Notes: a model not told the origin generated them from the letters alone. Shown: positions 9,400 to 18,738, numbered from the stretch's first letter. The stretch is 64,000 bases of DNA from Calditrichota bacterium (GCA_016867835.1 VGIQ01000001.1:10094-74093); one strand, 5' to 3'. Program-made: numbers and translations.

Positions 9400-11450
9400 A
9401 GACGATGCGACAGGCGACAACGGAGACGCTCGGACTGGGTCATCCGCTCGCCTTCTTCAAAAATGGCCGGCTGCCGGTTACCGCGGCTGAACTGGTTGAA
9501 CGAGTCTTTGGCGGCGCCACTGGCCGCGGCGCGCTCGTCATCAGCGGCGGAAACGGGATCGTCGGGTCGGGCAAGGCGATGCAGTTGGGAGCGCGGCTGC
9601 TCGATTACGGTGTGCCGGTAGTGACCCTCGACCTGCCTGATGCTCCACCCGGGCTGAAAGGGCAAATGGACGGCCTCATCCGGTCGTTCGGGCCAGCCGG
9701 GGCTGCTGCCATTGCAGCCAATATCGTCCAAATGACTTACGACGGCAGGCGCCTACCCGCGACCTTGACCCGGTTCAACCCACGATTCGTCCTCGAGGCG
9801 ATTCCCGAAGTGCTCGCCATCAAGCGGGCGCACTATGCGCTCTGGCGCGAGGTCTATCCAGAGATCACCATCCGGTCGGTTACGTCCGGCTTCCCGAGCC
9901 GGGAACTCGGGGTGGGGGTCTTCCATCCCTCGTTTCCGCATCCGATCAACAAGGTCTGGGAGGTGGTAGAGGATTCCCCATCCGATGCGGCACGCTTGCT
10001 CTGGGCGCTCGGGCTGGTGCCGGTGCCGGTGGGGGATTACTGGTCGTTCATTCTCGATGTGCTCTTCTGCGGTGTAACGCTTGCGGCACTCCGGTTTCAG
10101 GAAGCGGCAAATATGCCGGCCTGGAAGGTAGATAAACTGGTACGGCTATTGGTGGGACCGAATCCCCTCCGGGCGCATGATGCCATTGGCGCGGGGGCGT
10201 CGTTCCTCACCTGGTCGTGCCTCTATCATCTGGCCGGGGAGTATGGCGACCTCTTTCAACCGGCGGCGGAACTCGAACGCCGCAAGGCTTCGGGCGAGAC
10301 GTGGTATTCCTCGTTTAGGCCGGTAGTGGACCGGCCGTTCACGGACGGCGATCGCCTCGAAGCCTGGATTCTGGGGCCGTTGCTGCAGATGACGAGCCTC
10401 ATCCTGCGCGAGTCGCGAGCCCACCTGGCACACATCAACGCCATCGGGGAAATGTGTGCACAGTTCACCAGAGGAGTTCCGGTGCTGGCACGGTCGTTAG
10501 GAACGACAAGGGTAATCGAAATAGTAGAGCGATATCACCGTCTCCATCCCGAGGCTGCCACGAGGGCGTGGCATCCCGAGGCTTTTTTGGCGCTTGAAAG
10601 CCCCGAAGGCGCGATGCTCTATGTCAACGCCGGGCACGACGGGACGGTCGGAGTGGTGACGATCAGCCGGGAGGCGCTGAACGGCGATGTCATCGCCGAA
10701 TTGAACCGCGCTTTCGACTGGTTGATCGCAGAGGGTATCGAACGGGTGATCCTGTCCGGCGACTTCCACCTTTCGACGCAGATGATCGGCGCCGATACCG
10801 GCGAATTCTATCCAGCCCTTACGGACGAGCAAGCCGGCTTCAACCTCTCCAGCGAGTGGACCCGCACCGCGCGGCGGCTCTTCGATGGATTCAAGGTCAG
10901 TGTCGGTTTCATCGGCGGCAAGCGATGCCTCGGCGGGATGCTCGAACTGATGGAACATTGCCACTTCGTAGTCGCGGAGCGGGATACTCAGTTGGGACTG
11001 CCCGAAGTGACTCTGCCGGTCGTGCCGGGAATGGACGGGACGCATATTCTCTTTCGCCGCGCAAAAGAAGCCGATTGGAGCCGTGTGGCGCAACTCTTGA
11101 TGACCGGCAAGGCGGTGAAAGCGGCTGATGCCGTCGGATGGCTCTGCGACCGGGTCGGGACGACGGACGAAGCGCTAGCCCAAACGTGGGGGTTGGCTAT
11201 GAATGGATCAGCGCCGGAACGATCCTTGCGCCGGGAGAGCCTCAAACTGTCGGCCGGACTGTTCGAAGCGGTGGAGGCATCAACTGGTGCTGCAGGACGA
11301 CAGGCGATTGCCGAGTCGGCACGGGACTGCGTGGGAATCGATTATGAAACTGCACTCGAACGACAAGCGCGACATTCTGCCGGTTTTATGATCGGTGAGG
11401 CATGTCGGAAAGGGGCGGTGGGATCCGCCGCCAGGCGGGTGCTGGGATAA
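9396..11450 (+). CDS. fused 3-hydroxyacyl-CoA dehydrogenase (N-terminal) / enoyl-CoA hydratase (C-terminal) protein
   Basis: N-terminal Rossmann region (ISGGNGIVGSGKAMQLGARLL). C-terminal crotonase-like region (GVVTISREALNGDV ... GGKRCLGGMLELMEHCHFVVAE). 684 aa. Confidence 0.65.
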   Translation: MKTMRQATTETLGLGHPLAFFKNGRLPVTAAELVERVFGGATGRGALVISGGNGIVGSGKAMQLGARLLDYGVPVVTLDLPDAPPGLKGQMDGLIRSFGPAGAAAIAANIVQMTYDGRRLPATLTRFNPRFVLEAIPEVLAIKRAHYALWREVYPEITIRSVTSGFPSRELGVGVFHPSFPHPINKVWEVVEDSPSDAARLLWALGLVPVPVGDYWSFILDVLFCGVTLAALRFQEAANMPAWKVDKLVRLLVGPNPLRAHDAIGAGASFLTWSCLYHLAGEYGDLFQPAAELERRKASGETWYSSFRPVVDRPFTDGDRLEAWILGPLLQMTSLILRESRAHLAHINAIGEMCAQFTRGVPVLARSLGTTRVIEIVERYHRLHPEAATRAWHPEAFLALESPEGAMLYVNAGHDGTVGVVTISREALNGDVIAELNRAFDWLIAEGIERVILSGDFHLSTQMIGADTGEFYPALTDEQAGFNLSSEWTRTARRLFDGFKVSVGFIGGKRCLGGMLELMEHCHFVVAERDTQLGLPEVTLPVVPGMDGTHILFRRAKEADWSRVAQLLMTGKAVKAADAVGWLCDRVGTTDEALAQTWGLAMNGSAPERSLRRESLKLSAGLFEAVEASTGAAGRQAIAESARDCVGIDYETALERQARHSAGFMIGEACRKGAVGSAARRVLG

Positions 11451-11533
11451 GGGAAGGAAGCACCTGGCGGGCTGACTCCTCCAGGTGTTAAAGTGGGCGG
11501 GAATGATCCCACCCTCCAAGAGCCATCGGCAAG

Positions 11534-12979
11534 TTGGAAATCGGGAGCATCGTGGAGTTTCGCGAACCGATCGACCAGTTGGTGAACAGCCCGCAAAGGT
11601 TCACCTCACAACTCAAGTTCCCTGTGCCGGAGCGAATCAAAATCTACGATTCGACCCTGCGCGACGGCGAACAGATGCCGGGCGTCGCCTTTTCGCCGGG
11701 GCAGAAGTATCAGGTCGCCAAGGCGCTCTCGGAGATCGGCTGCGACATCCTCGACCTCGGTTTCCCCTATGCTGCGCTCTCCGATCGCTATGCACTACAG
11801 ATGATCGTCCAAGCCAAGCGGCTCGGCGAAATCCGCAAGGAGGTCGATCTGCTGGTGATGTGCCGTTCGACCCAGCAGGACATCGACGCGACCATTCAAT
11901 CGCTGCGCGACATCGACGTCGATATCAACGAGGTGACTTTCTTCATTTTCACCTCAGGCTCCGACCTGCACCTGAAGTATAAGATTGGCAAGACGCTCCT
12001 GAAGCGGGATGGGATCGATCCGGCGAAGTGGCTCGATCAGCCGGTCTCCTACTATCGCGATGCCAATATCCGGATGCAGTGCGACGCGATCCGGTATGCT
12101 CGCGAAAGAGGCGTCGAGCGGATTGAATTCGGCGGCGAAGACGGCTCCCGCGCCGACCTCGACTATACCATCGAACTTGCAAAGGCCGGCTACGATGCCG
12201 GCGGGACGCGCTACAGTTTTCCCGATACGGTCGGCTGCTTCACTCCGGAAGGCGTCGATTATTACATTCCGCGCATCGTCGCCGAGTTCCCGAATCGCGA
12301 TCTGGTCTGCCACTTTCATAATGACTTCGGTCTCGCGACGATCAACACCTTGCGCGCGATGTCGCATGGCCTCAACGTCCCGACCTGCACCGCCAACGGA
12401 ATGGGCGAACGGGCTGGAAACGCGCCGCTGCATCAGGTTACGGTTGCGTTGAAACTGCTCTACGGCGTTCACCTGCCACGTTTTCGTTACGAGAAGTTGC
12501 GTGAACTGAGGCAACTGGTCGAGGAGTTTTCGGGAATCCCGGTCTCGGCGCACGAGCCGGTCATAGGTGAGGGGGTCTTTACCCACGAGTCGGGCATTCA
12601 CACCGCGGGACTCTTAATCGACGCCTCGATCTATCAGGTGATTCCACCGGAATTAGTCGGTGCGCGCATCCGGTATGTCTTCGGCAAGCACTCCGGGCTG
12701 GCTGCGGTTAAGGCAGTGCTTGAGAAGCCCGAGTACCGGTCTGGCCTTGAGCGGGACGGAGTCGAAGTGAACGACGACCTGATCGAAGCGGTTACGCTCT
12801 TCGTCAAGGATGCCCGCCAGAAGCGGACCCGGAGCGACCAGTTCACCTCGATCACCGAGGCCTACTACCGCGAATACGACCGACTCGGCATATCGGAATT
12901 GCGGCTGGTGGAACTCGCTTCGACTATCGGGCGGCTGCTGAAAGAAGGCCACTTCAACCATGTGGAGAGGAAGAAGTAG
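11534..12979 (+). CDS. 2-isopropylmalate / citramalate / homocitrate synthase-family (DRE-TIM metallolyase) enzyme
   Basis: IYDSTLRDGEQMPGVAFS is the LeuA/CimA/NifV hallmark. HFHNDFGLATINTL is the metal-binding HxH region. 481 aa. The true start may lie upstream of 11534. Confidence 0.7.
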   Translation: MEIGSIVEFREPIDQLVNSPQRFTSQLKFPVPERIKIYDSTLRDGEQMPGVAFSPGQKYQVAKALSEIGCDILDLGFPYAALSDRYALQMIVQAKRLGEIRKEVDLLVMCRSTQQDIDATIQSLRDIDVDINEVTFFIFTSGSDLHLKYKIGKTLLKRDGIDPAKWLDQPVSYYRDANIRMQCDAIRYARERGVERIEFGGEDGSRADLDYTIELAKAGYDAGGTRYSFPDTVGCFTPEGVDYYIPRIVAEFPNRDLVCHFHNDFGLATINTLRAMSHGLNVPTCTANGMGERAGNAPLHQVTVALKLLYGVHLPRFRYEKLRELRQLVEEFSGIPVSAHEPVIGEGVFTHESGIHTAGLLIDASIYQVIPPELVGARIRYVFGKHSGLAAVKAVLEKPEYRSGLERDGVEVNDDLIEAVTLFVKDARQKRTRSDQFTSITEAYYREYDRLGISELRLVELASTIGRLLKEGHFNHVERKK

Positions 12980-12981
12980 TA

Positions 12982-13050
12982 GGACAGGCATTCCTGCCTG
13001 TCCGGAATTTGGCATGGGGATGGGACGGGACAGACAAGAATGTCTGTCCT
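12982..13050. repeat. composite REP-like element: paired hairpins GGACAGGCATTCCTGCCTGTCC and GGGACAGACAAGAATGTCTGTCC nested in an outer palindrome
   Basis: Perfect 9-bp stems with 4-nt loops. The same family recurs at 32420-32476, 32556-32640 and 40383-40455. Confidence 0.7.
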
Positions 13051-13077
13051 ACTGTACAGATTAGATAGGAGTTCACA

Positions 13078-14232
13078 ATGTCGCTTGACTGGCTGCCTCG
13101 CGAAGGGGGATTGAAGGACCATGACCTCTGGGGGGATGAGTTCTTTGGCGGTGAAGCCCCCACCGTCCGTTATGAACTGAAACCGGTTACAGCCCCTGAC
13201 GGCAACGTTGCCGAAGGCTTGTTCACGGCCTGGATCACGCTCGATAACCCGGCGCAGTTCAATTCCTACACCACGCACATGGTGAAGGGCGTCATCGCCG
13301 GGTTTCACAAAGCCTCGATGGATCGGCGGGTGGTGGCGATCGTCTTTACCGCGGTCGGCGAACGCGCCTTCTGCACCGGCGGGAATACCCGGGAGTATGC
13401 CGAATACTACTCCGGCCGGCCGCAGGAATACGGCCTCTATATGGACCTCTTCAACGCGATGGTCGATGCCATTCTGAACGCCAAGAAGCCGGTCATCTGC
13501 CGGGTCAACGGGATGCGCGTGGCGGGCGGTCAGGAGATCGGAATGGCCTGCGACCTCACCATCGCAGCCGATACGGCCGTCTTCGGCCAGGCCGGTCCGC
13601 GACACGGTTCGGCGCCGGATGGCGGATCGACCGACTTCCTCCCCTGGATGCTGCCACTCGAGCAGGCGATGTGGAGCTGCATCAGTTGCGAACTCTGGAG
13701 CGCTTACAAGATGGCGCGCTACGGCCTGGTGTCGAAGGTTGCGCCGGTGCTGGTTCGCGCGTCGGGATCGGAATCCCAACCTGCGCGCGAAAAGTTCATC
13801 CGCAACCCTTTGGTCATCACCGACCGCTATGTCGAAGAGGGCGAGATCGTCTATGGCGAACCGGTCACCGGCGCTGCTGCAGCGTTGGCTAAAGAGCAGT
13901 TTAAGGCAGCGACCTACGACTTCAGCCGGCTCGACGCCGAGGTCAACAGACTGGTCTGGACCTTCACTAACCTTTTCCCGGGCTGCCTCATCAAGTCGAT
14001 CGACGGCATCCGGCAGAAGAAGAAGTTCTGGTGGGATCAGACCAAACTTGCCAACCGGCACTGGCTGGCGACGAATATGATGGGCGAAGCGTTCCTCGGC
14101 TTCCACGCCTTCAATACCAAGAAACAGACCGGGAAGGACACTATCGATTTCATCAAGTTCCGGCAGTTGCAAGCGGAGGGGCATCCGTTCGACGCGGAAC
14201 TGATGGAAGCCGTGTTGGGAAAGAAAATCTAA
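13078..14232 (+). CDS. crotonase-superfamily enzyme of ring-hydrolase length (candidate 6-oxocyclohex-1-ene-1-carbonyl-CoA hydrolase-like; specific function unproven)
   Basis: Crotonase core (AFCTGGN ... KPVICRVNGMRVAGGQEIGMACDLTIAAD). 384 aa is much longer than canonical 260-aa hydratases and matches the long ring-cleaving members. The 460-aa minus-strand ORF 12865..14247 is its shadow. Confidence 0.55.
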   Translation: MSLDWLPREGGLKDHDLWGDEFFGGEAPTVRYELKPVTAPDGNVAEGLFTAWITLDNPAQFNSYTTHMVKGVIAGFHKASMDRRVVAIVFTAVGERAFCTGGNTREYAEYYSGRPQEYGLYMDLFNAMVDAILNAKKPVICRVNGMRVAGGQEIGMACDLTIAADTAVFGQAGPRHGSAPDGGSTDFLPWMLPLEQAMWSCISCELWSAYKMARYGLVSKVAPVLVRASGSESQPAREKFIRNPLVITDRYVEEGEIVYGEPVTGAAAALAKEQFKAATYDFSRLDAEVNRLVWTFTNLFPGCLIKSIDGIRQKKKFWWDQTKLANRHWLATNMMGEAFLGFHAFNTKKQTGKDTIDFIKFRQLQAEGHPFDAELMEAVLGKKI

Positions 14233-14299
14233 CCACAAAGAACACAAAGATCACAAAGATCATAGGGAATACTTGGTGTTCTTTGTGCTCTTCGTGGTG
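14230..14299. repeat. palindromic gene-junction repeat (AACTAACCACAAAGAACACAAAGA ... TGTTCTTTGTGCTCTTCGTGGTG), copy 1
   Basis: Imperfect 25-bp inverted repeat with an 18-bp loop. It begins within the stop codon of the upstream gene. The same family occurs at 16884, 17825, 18661 and 24202. Confidence 0.7.
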
Positions 14300-14310
14300 A
14301 AAAGGAAAAA

Positions 14311-15057
14311 ATGGGCATTCTGAAAGGGAAAACCGCCATTGTCACCGGCGGGTCGTTAGGGATCGGCGCCTCAGTCGCCCTCAAACTCGCCTCCGACGGC
14401 GCCGATGTGGCGCTCAACTACCGCAAGCATGCGGACGAAGCCGAAGCTGTCGCCGAACAGATCCGCACCATGGGCCGCCGGGCGCTGGTGATCCAGGCCG
14501 ACACATCGTCCTTTGCCGATGCCGAAGCGATGGTCGCTCGCGTCAAGGCGGAATGGGGCCGGGTGGACATCCTCGTCTGTAACGCGGGGATCACCAGAGA
14601 CGCGGTGCTCTGGAAGATGACCGAAGAGCAGTGGGACGCGGTGATCGGGACGAACCTGAAGGGCTATTTCAATTACGTCCGCGCGGCTGCGCCGGTGATG
14701 CGCGAGCAGAAGTACGGGCGGATCGTCTGCGTCACCTCGATCAATGGGCTGCGCGGCAAGTTCGGCCAGTCGAACTACGCGGCCTCCAAAGCCGGCATCC
14801 ACGGGCTGGTGAAGAGCGCCGCCAAGGAATTAGGGCGGTCGGGCGTCACCGTCAACGCCGTCGCGCCGGGGATGATCCTGACCGATATGATGGCTGCGCT
14901 GCCGGAGGAGGTCAAGCAGAAGGCGGTGGACGAGACGGCGGTGGGCAGATTGGGGGAGCCGGACGACATCGCGCATGTGGTCAGTTTCTTCTGCAGTGAC
15001 TTCGCAAAGCATGTGACGGGGGAGATTATCAAGGTGGATGGGGGGCAGTATATCTGA
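14311..15057 (+). CDS. short-chain dehydrogenase/reductase (3-oxoacyl-ACP reductase-like; candidate hydroxyacyl-CoA dehydrogenase)
   Basis: TGGSLGIGASVA (TGxxxGIG), NAG, and Y..K catalytic motif (SNYAASKAG). 248 aa. Confidence 0.85.
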   Translation: MGILKGKTAIVTGGSLGIGASVALKLASDGADVALNYRKHADEAEAVAEQIRTMGRRALVIQADTSSFADAEAMVARVKAEWGRVDILVCNAGITRDAVLWKMTEEQWDAVIGTNLKGYFNYVRAAAPVMREQKYGRIVCVTSINGLRGKFGQSNYAASKAGIHGLVKSAAKELGRSGVTVNAVAPGMILTDMMAALPEEVKQKAVDETAVGRLGEPDDIAHVVSFFCSDFAKHVTGEIIKVDGGQYI

Positions 15058-15069
15058 CTTGATCTCCAT

Positions 15070-15250
15070 TCGCCCCCCCTTTGATTCCCCCCCGCAGAGC
15101 GGGGGGGAGAGAAGGCAGAAGCGCGCCTGCGACTATTACTCCCCCGCGCAAAGCGGGGGGGAGTGAAGATGGAACGTTGTAGTGTATTCGCAACCGCCTG
15201 ACAAGGGGGCAAGACGCTCTACTCCCCCGCGCAAAGCGGGGGGGAATTAA
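15070..15250. repeat. three GC-rich hairpin repeats (CCCCCGC-N4/5-GCGGGGG), two of them near-identical 27-mers (TACTCCCCCGCGCAAAGCGGGGGGGAG)
   Basis: Hairpins at about 15083-15103, 15138-15162 and 15220-15244. The same hairpin core occurs 4x in tandem inside the CDS at 19552-19712. Confidence 0.7.
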
Positions 15251-15264
15251 AGGGGGGGCTGGAT

Positions 15265-15702
15265 GTGCATTGGAGTGGAATTAGGGATGGAAAATCCCCA
15301 ATGAGAGCAATCCCAAAGCGCTTGCCTAAAACTAAGCCTCATTCCGTCAATTTCGCCCGCAGCCTACGCCGTAAGATGACTGACGCCGAGCGGCGGCTGT
15401 GGGCAAGGCTGCGGTCAGGGCGAATAAGCGCCAAATTCCGGCGTCAGGAGCCTATCGGATCTTACATCGTGGACTTTGCTTGCATAGAAAGAGGATTGGT
15501 CATAGAACTTGACGGCTCGCTGCATTACACCGATGAAGGCAAGAAGAGGGATGAAGTTCGGGACGCCTACCTGCGGTCGTTGGGATTCATGGTGTTGAGG
15601 TTCTCAGATCGGGATGTGATGAACAATATCGAGGGGGTATGTCAGGCGATCCTTGAGCAAGTTCAATGGAAAAACGAAGAAAAGGAAGAGTCAGGAAAAT
15701 GA
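15265..15702 (+). CDS. DUF559 / Vsr-like endonuclease-domain protein
   Basis: MTDAERRLWARLR ... KFRRQEPIGSYIVDFACIERGLVIELDGSLH is the DUF559 signature. Lower GC than neighbours. The start could be M at 15301. Confidence 0.7.
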   Translation: MHWSGIRDGKSPMRAIPKRLPKTKPHSVNFARSLRRKMTDAERRLWARLRSGRISAKFRRQEPIGSYIVDFACIERGLVIELDGSLHYTDEGKKRDEVRDAYLRSLGFMVLRFSDRDVMNNIEGVCQAILEQVQWKNEEKEESGK

Positions 15703-16886
15703 GTAACATCCTCGCCCTATCCGCTTGCCGGACTCCGATGGGGTCGTTCGGCGGGACGCTGAAGGATATGGCATCCTACGACATCGGAGCCGTGGCTGTG
15801 AAGGCCGCCGTCGAGCGCGCCGGACTGACGCCGGAGCAGATCGACGACGTGATCCTTGGCTCGTGCCGTCAAGCCGGCAATGGGCCTAATCCGGCTCGCA
15901 CGGCATCCGTCCGGGGCGGCATCCCGACCTCGGTGCCGGTCATCACCCTCAATATGGCATGCCCGTCGGGGATGCGAGCCATCCAGTTCGCGGCTAATGA
16001 AATCGCCTCCGGGATGGCTTCCACGGTGCTGGTCGGCGGCTTCGACTCGATGAGCACCATCCCCTATCTCCTTAAGGGAGCGCGCTGGGCTGGGTTCAAG
16101 ATGGGCGACCGCAAACTGGAAGACGGCTGGTCCGACGCCACCGACCCGCTCATCGGGCAGGGCATGGGCGCCACCGCTGAAAACCTCTTCGACAAGTGGC
16201 AGATCCCCCGCCGCGACCAGGATGAGTACGCGGCAGCCTCGCACATCAAGGCGCATACCGCGTGGGAGAACGGCTGGTTCGACGAGGAGGTTGTCCCCAT
16301 CACCTTCCCGCCCGACAAGAAGACCGGTGAGTCGGTGGTCTTCGCCAAAGACGAGACGATCCGCTTCCCTGTGGATGCCGAGAAGATGGGGAAACTGCCG
16401 CCGGTTTTCCGTAAGGACGGGACGGTAACAGCGGGCAATGCCTGCGGGATGTCGGACGGGGCTTGCGGGTTGGTGCTGACGTCATCAGAACGCGCTTCGG
16501 AACTGGGCGCCAAACCGCTCTTTTCGGTGGTCGAGATGGCATTCACCGCCACCGAACCGGCAACTATGGGCGAAGGTCCCGGCATCGCTATCCCTGCGGT
16601 GCTGAAGAAAGCCGGGATGACCCTTTCCGACATCGACCTGATCGAAGTCAACGAAGCCTTCGCCATTCAGGTGCTGGTGAACGAAAAGATGGTCGGCTGG
16701 GACCGGGATAAACTGAACATCCACGGCGGAGCCATCGCGTTAGGGCATCCGACCGGCATCTCGGGCGCGCGGATCGCGGTGACGCTCTATCATGCGCTGA
16801 AGCGGCTGAATAAGGAGATCGGGCTGGCTTCAATCTGCGGCGGAGGAGGTGTGACCGGGGCAATGATCATCAAGAGGGAAAACTAA
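15699..16886 (+). CDS. acetyl-CoA C-acyltransferase (thiolase II)
   Basis: MSNILALSACRTPMGSFGG at the N-terminus. Cys region NMACPSGMRAI. C-terminal GHPTGISGARI and ICGGGGVTGAM. Preferred start is ATG at 15699 (GGAAGAG/AGGAAA upstream) rather than 15666. Confidence 0.85.
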   Translation: MSNILALSACRTPMGSFGGTLKDMASYDIGAVAVKAAVERAGLTPEQIDDVILGSCRQAGNGPNPARTASVRGGIPTSVPVITLNMACPSGMRAIQFAANEIASGMASTVLVGGFDSMSTIPYLLKGARWAGFKMGDRKLEDGWSDATDPLIGQGMGATAENLFDKWQIPRRDQDEYAAASHIKAHTAWENGWFDEEVVPITFPPDKKTGESVVFAKDETIRFPVDAEKMGKLPPVFRKDGTVTAGNACGMSDGACGLVLTSSERASELGAKPLFSVVEMAFTATEPATMGEGPGIAIPAVLKKAGMTLSDIDLIEVNEAFAIQVLVNEKMVGWDRDKLNIHGGAIALGHPTGISGARIAVTLYHALKRLNKEIGLASICGGGGVTGAMIIKREN

Positions 16887-17366
16887 CCACAAAGGCACAA
16901 AGAACACAAAGACTTTCTTGTCATAAATGATAGAGATCATTCCTGAGGATATAGACCTGACCGGCAAGAATTTGTTGATGCGGCCTTTCAGGTTCACAAA
17001 GCGCTTGGGTCGGGGCTTCTTGAATCAGCCTACGAATCCTGCATCGCGCATGAGATTGTGTCGCGAGGGCTCGATGACAAGACGCAGGTGATTCTTCCCG
17101 TCATCTACAAAGGAGTCAGGATCGATGCGGGATTTCGATTGGATTTGGTCGGCGAAGACAAGGTCATGTCGAACTGAAGGCGGTAGAAGAACTCCACCTG
17201 ATTCGTGAAGCACAATTGATCACATATCTTCGACTCTCGGGCATTCGGCTTGGTTTCCTAATGAATTTCAACGCTAAACTTATTAAGAACGGAATTAGGC
17301 GAATTGTAGTATGATAAGTTTCCTCGAAACATATTCTTAGTGTTCTTCGTGCTCTTTGTGGTAACA
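16884..17366. repeat. palindromic gene-junction repeat, copy 2, with halves split by a ~420-bp insertion (GxxExxY pseudogene)
   Basis: Left half ACCACAAAGGCACAAAGAACACAAAGA at 16887-16913. Right half TTAGTGTTCTTCGTGCTCTTTGTGGTAAC at 17338-17366. The two halves are reverse complements. Confidence 0.65.
16927..17330 (+). pseudogene. GxxExxY-family (PD-(D/E)xK nuclease-like) gene disrupted by at least two frameshifts
   Basis: Frame 1 gives AAFQVHKALGSGLLESAYESCIAHEIVSRGL ... RIDAGFRLDLVGEDKV, then a stop. The conserved continuation VELKAVEELHLIREAQLITYLRLSGIRLGFLMNFNAKLIKNGIRRIVV is in another frame. The N-terminal DLTGK... is also out of frame. Confidence 0.6.
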
Positions 17367-17371
17367 TCCCG

Positions 17372-17827
17372 ATGGAAATCTACGAACGCAATATAAACGC
17401 TGCGGTCCGGCGCGACGGAGACGATCATATCGTCACCAAAGCCTCGCTGCTTGACCTGAACCACAACATGCGAGTCGAAATCCGCGTCTGCATCGCCAAC
17501 CGGACGGTCGTCGCAGCCGAGGCGCAAATGGTGAAAGCCCCCTTTGGCATCTGCGACCAGACCGCCGCCTTTGCCCGCAATTTGACCGGACTCAGGATCG
17601 AGCGGGGCGTAACGCGCAAAGTCGCCGAAGTGATGGGTCGGTCGTCGGGCTGCACCCACCTTTACGAACTGGCCATCGAAGCCGTGCGCCTATCATCGAA
17701 TGTGCTGTTAGGCTTCGAAACCGGCGACCGCGAATGGCGTGAACGGCGCTTGACAGACGAGGAGTTCATCGAGCGGGCGAAGGGATTCCTGGCCAACTCT
17801 TGCCTGCCGTTTAGAATTGAAAACTAA
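17372..17827 (+). CDS. hypothetical protein (possible DUF2889-like; SGCTHLYEL motif)
   Basis: 151-aa ORF between two palindromic junction repeats. Family assignment is from memory of a Cys/His motif only. Confidence 0.4.
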   Translation: MEIYERNINAAVRRDGDDHIVTKASLLDLNHNMRVEIRVCIANRTVVAAEAQMVKAPFGICDQTAAFARNLTGLRIERGVTRKVAEVMGRSSGCTHLYELAIEAVRLSSNVLLGFETGDREWRERRLTDEEFIERAKGFLANSCLPFRIEN

Positions 17828-17875
17828 CCACAAAGAGCACAAATAGCACAAAGAAATGTGATTTTGTGATCTTTA
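17825..17875. repeat. palindromic gene-junction repeat, copy 3 (degenerate right half)
   Basis: AACTAACCACAAAGAGCACAAATAGCACAAAGAAATGTGATTTTGTGATCTTT. Confidence 0.5.
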
Positions 17876-17899
17876 AGCGCCTTGTAATGGAAGAAAAGA

Positions 17900-18667
17900 A
17901 TGGATTCCCATTATATCAAGATCGATCCGGACGACCACCGCCTCGACATCATTCTCTCCCATCCACCCGTCAACATTCTGACTGGCGCGGTGATGAAGGA
18001 GATGATCCGAGTTTTGCAGGACGCCTCCTCCGATCCCCACCTGCGAGCCGTCGTCATTCGGTCTGAGGGGAAAGCCTGGTCGGCCGGGGCGGACGTGAGT
18101 GAACACCTGCCCGGGCAGTTTGAACCCATGCTCGACACCTTCGGCGAATTGTGCGAACTGGTGCGCACCTATCCGGTGCCAACCGTTGCTGCGGTGGACG
18201 GGCTCTGCCTTGGCGGCGGCTGTGAACTGGCGCTAATGTGCGATTTTGTACTGGCGTCGGAGCGCGCCAAGTTCGGTCAGCCGGAGATCAAAGTCGGTGT
18301 CTTCCCTCCCGCGGCTTGTGCCCATTTCGCGATGAAGATGGGCTGGCAGAACGCGATGGAGGTGATCCTGACCGGGGATGTCTTCAGTGCAGAAGACGCA
18401 GCAAAAATGAAATTGGCAACGAAGGTGTTTCCGGTGGATCGTTTTTCGGACGAAGTGGACCGATTCGTTGACCGGATCATTTGCAACAGTGGAGTTGTCC
18501 TTCGAGTGGCAAAGAGAGCGGCGCTCGAAGGGATGCGCCTTTCGCCCGAAATGGCGGCACAGGAATCGGATCGCATCTATCGGCAGGAACTGATGACGAT
18601 GGCGGACGCGGTCGAGGGGCTAAACGCCTTTATGGAAAAGCGCGAACCAAACTGGAAAGACAACTAA
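17900..18667 (+). CDS. enoyl-CoA hydratase/isomerase (crotonase family; candidate dienoyl-CoA hydratase)
   Basis: RAVVIRSEGKAWSAGADV and GLCLGGGCELALMCDFVLASE are crotonase oxyanion-hole motifs. 255 aa. Confidence 0.8.
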   Translation: MDSHYIKIDPDDHRLDIILSHPPVNILTGAVMKEMIRVLQDASSDPHLRAVVIRSEGKAWSAGADVSEHLPGQFEPMLDTFGELCELVRTYPVPTVAAVDGLCLGGGCELALMCDFVLASERAKFGQPEIKVGVFPPAACAHFAMKMGWQNAMEVILTGDVFSAEDAAKMKLATKVFPVDRFSDEVDRFVDRIICNSGVVLRVAKRAALEGMRLSPEMAAQESDRIYRQELMTMADAVEGLNAFMEKREPNWKDN

Positions 18668-18725
18668 CCACTAGGCACGCAAAGAGCGCCAAGAATTCTT
18701 TGTGGTCTTTGTGTTCTTGGTGGTA
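18661..18725. repeat. palindromic gene-junction repeat, copy 4
   Basis: AACTAACCACTAGGCACGCAAAGAGCGCCAAGAA ... TTCTTTGTGGTCTTTGTGTTCTTGGTGGT. Confidence 0.6.
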
Positions 18726-18738
18726 AAAAGAGGCCGAA

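Noticed and set aside
12865-14247. 460-aa ORF on the minus strand
   Set aside because: Entirely antisense to the crotonase-family gene 13078..14232, which has clear family motifs. Long antisense ORFs are expected at this GC content. No recognisable motifs.
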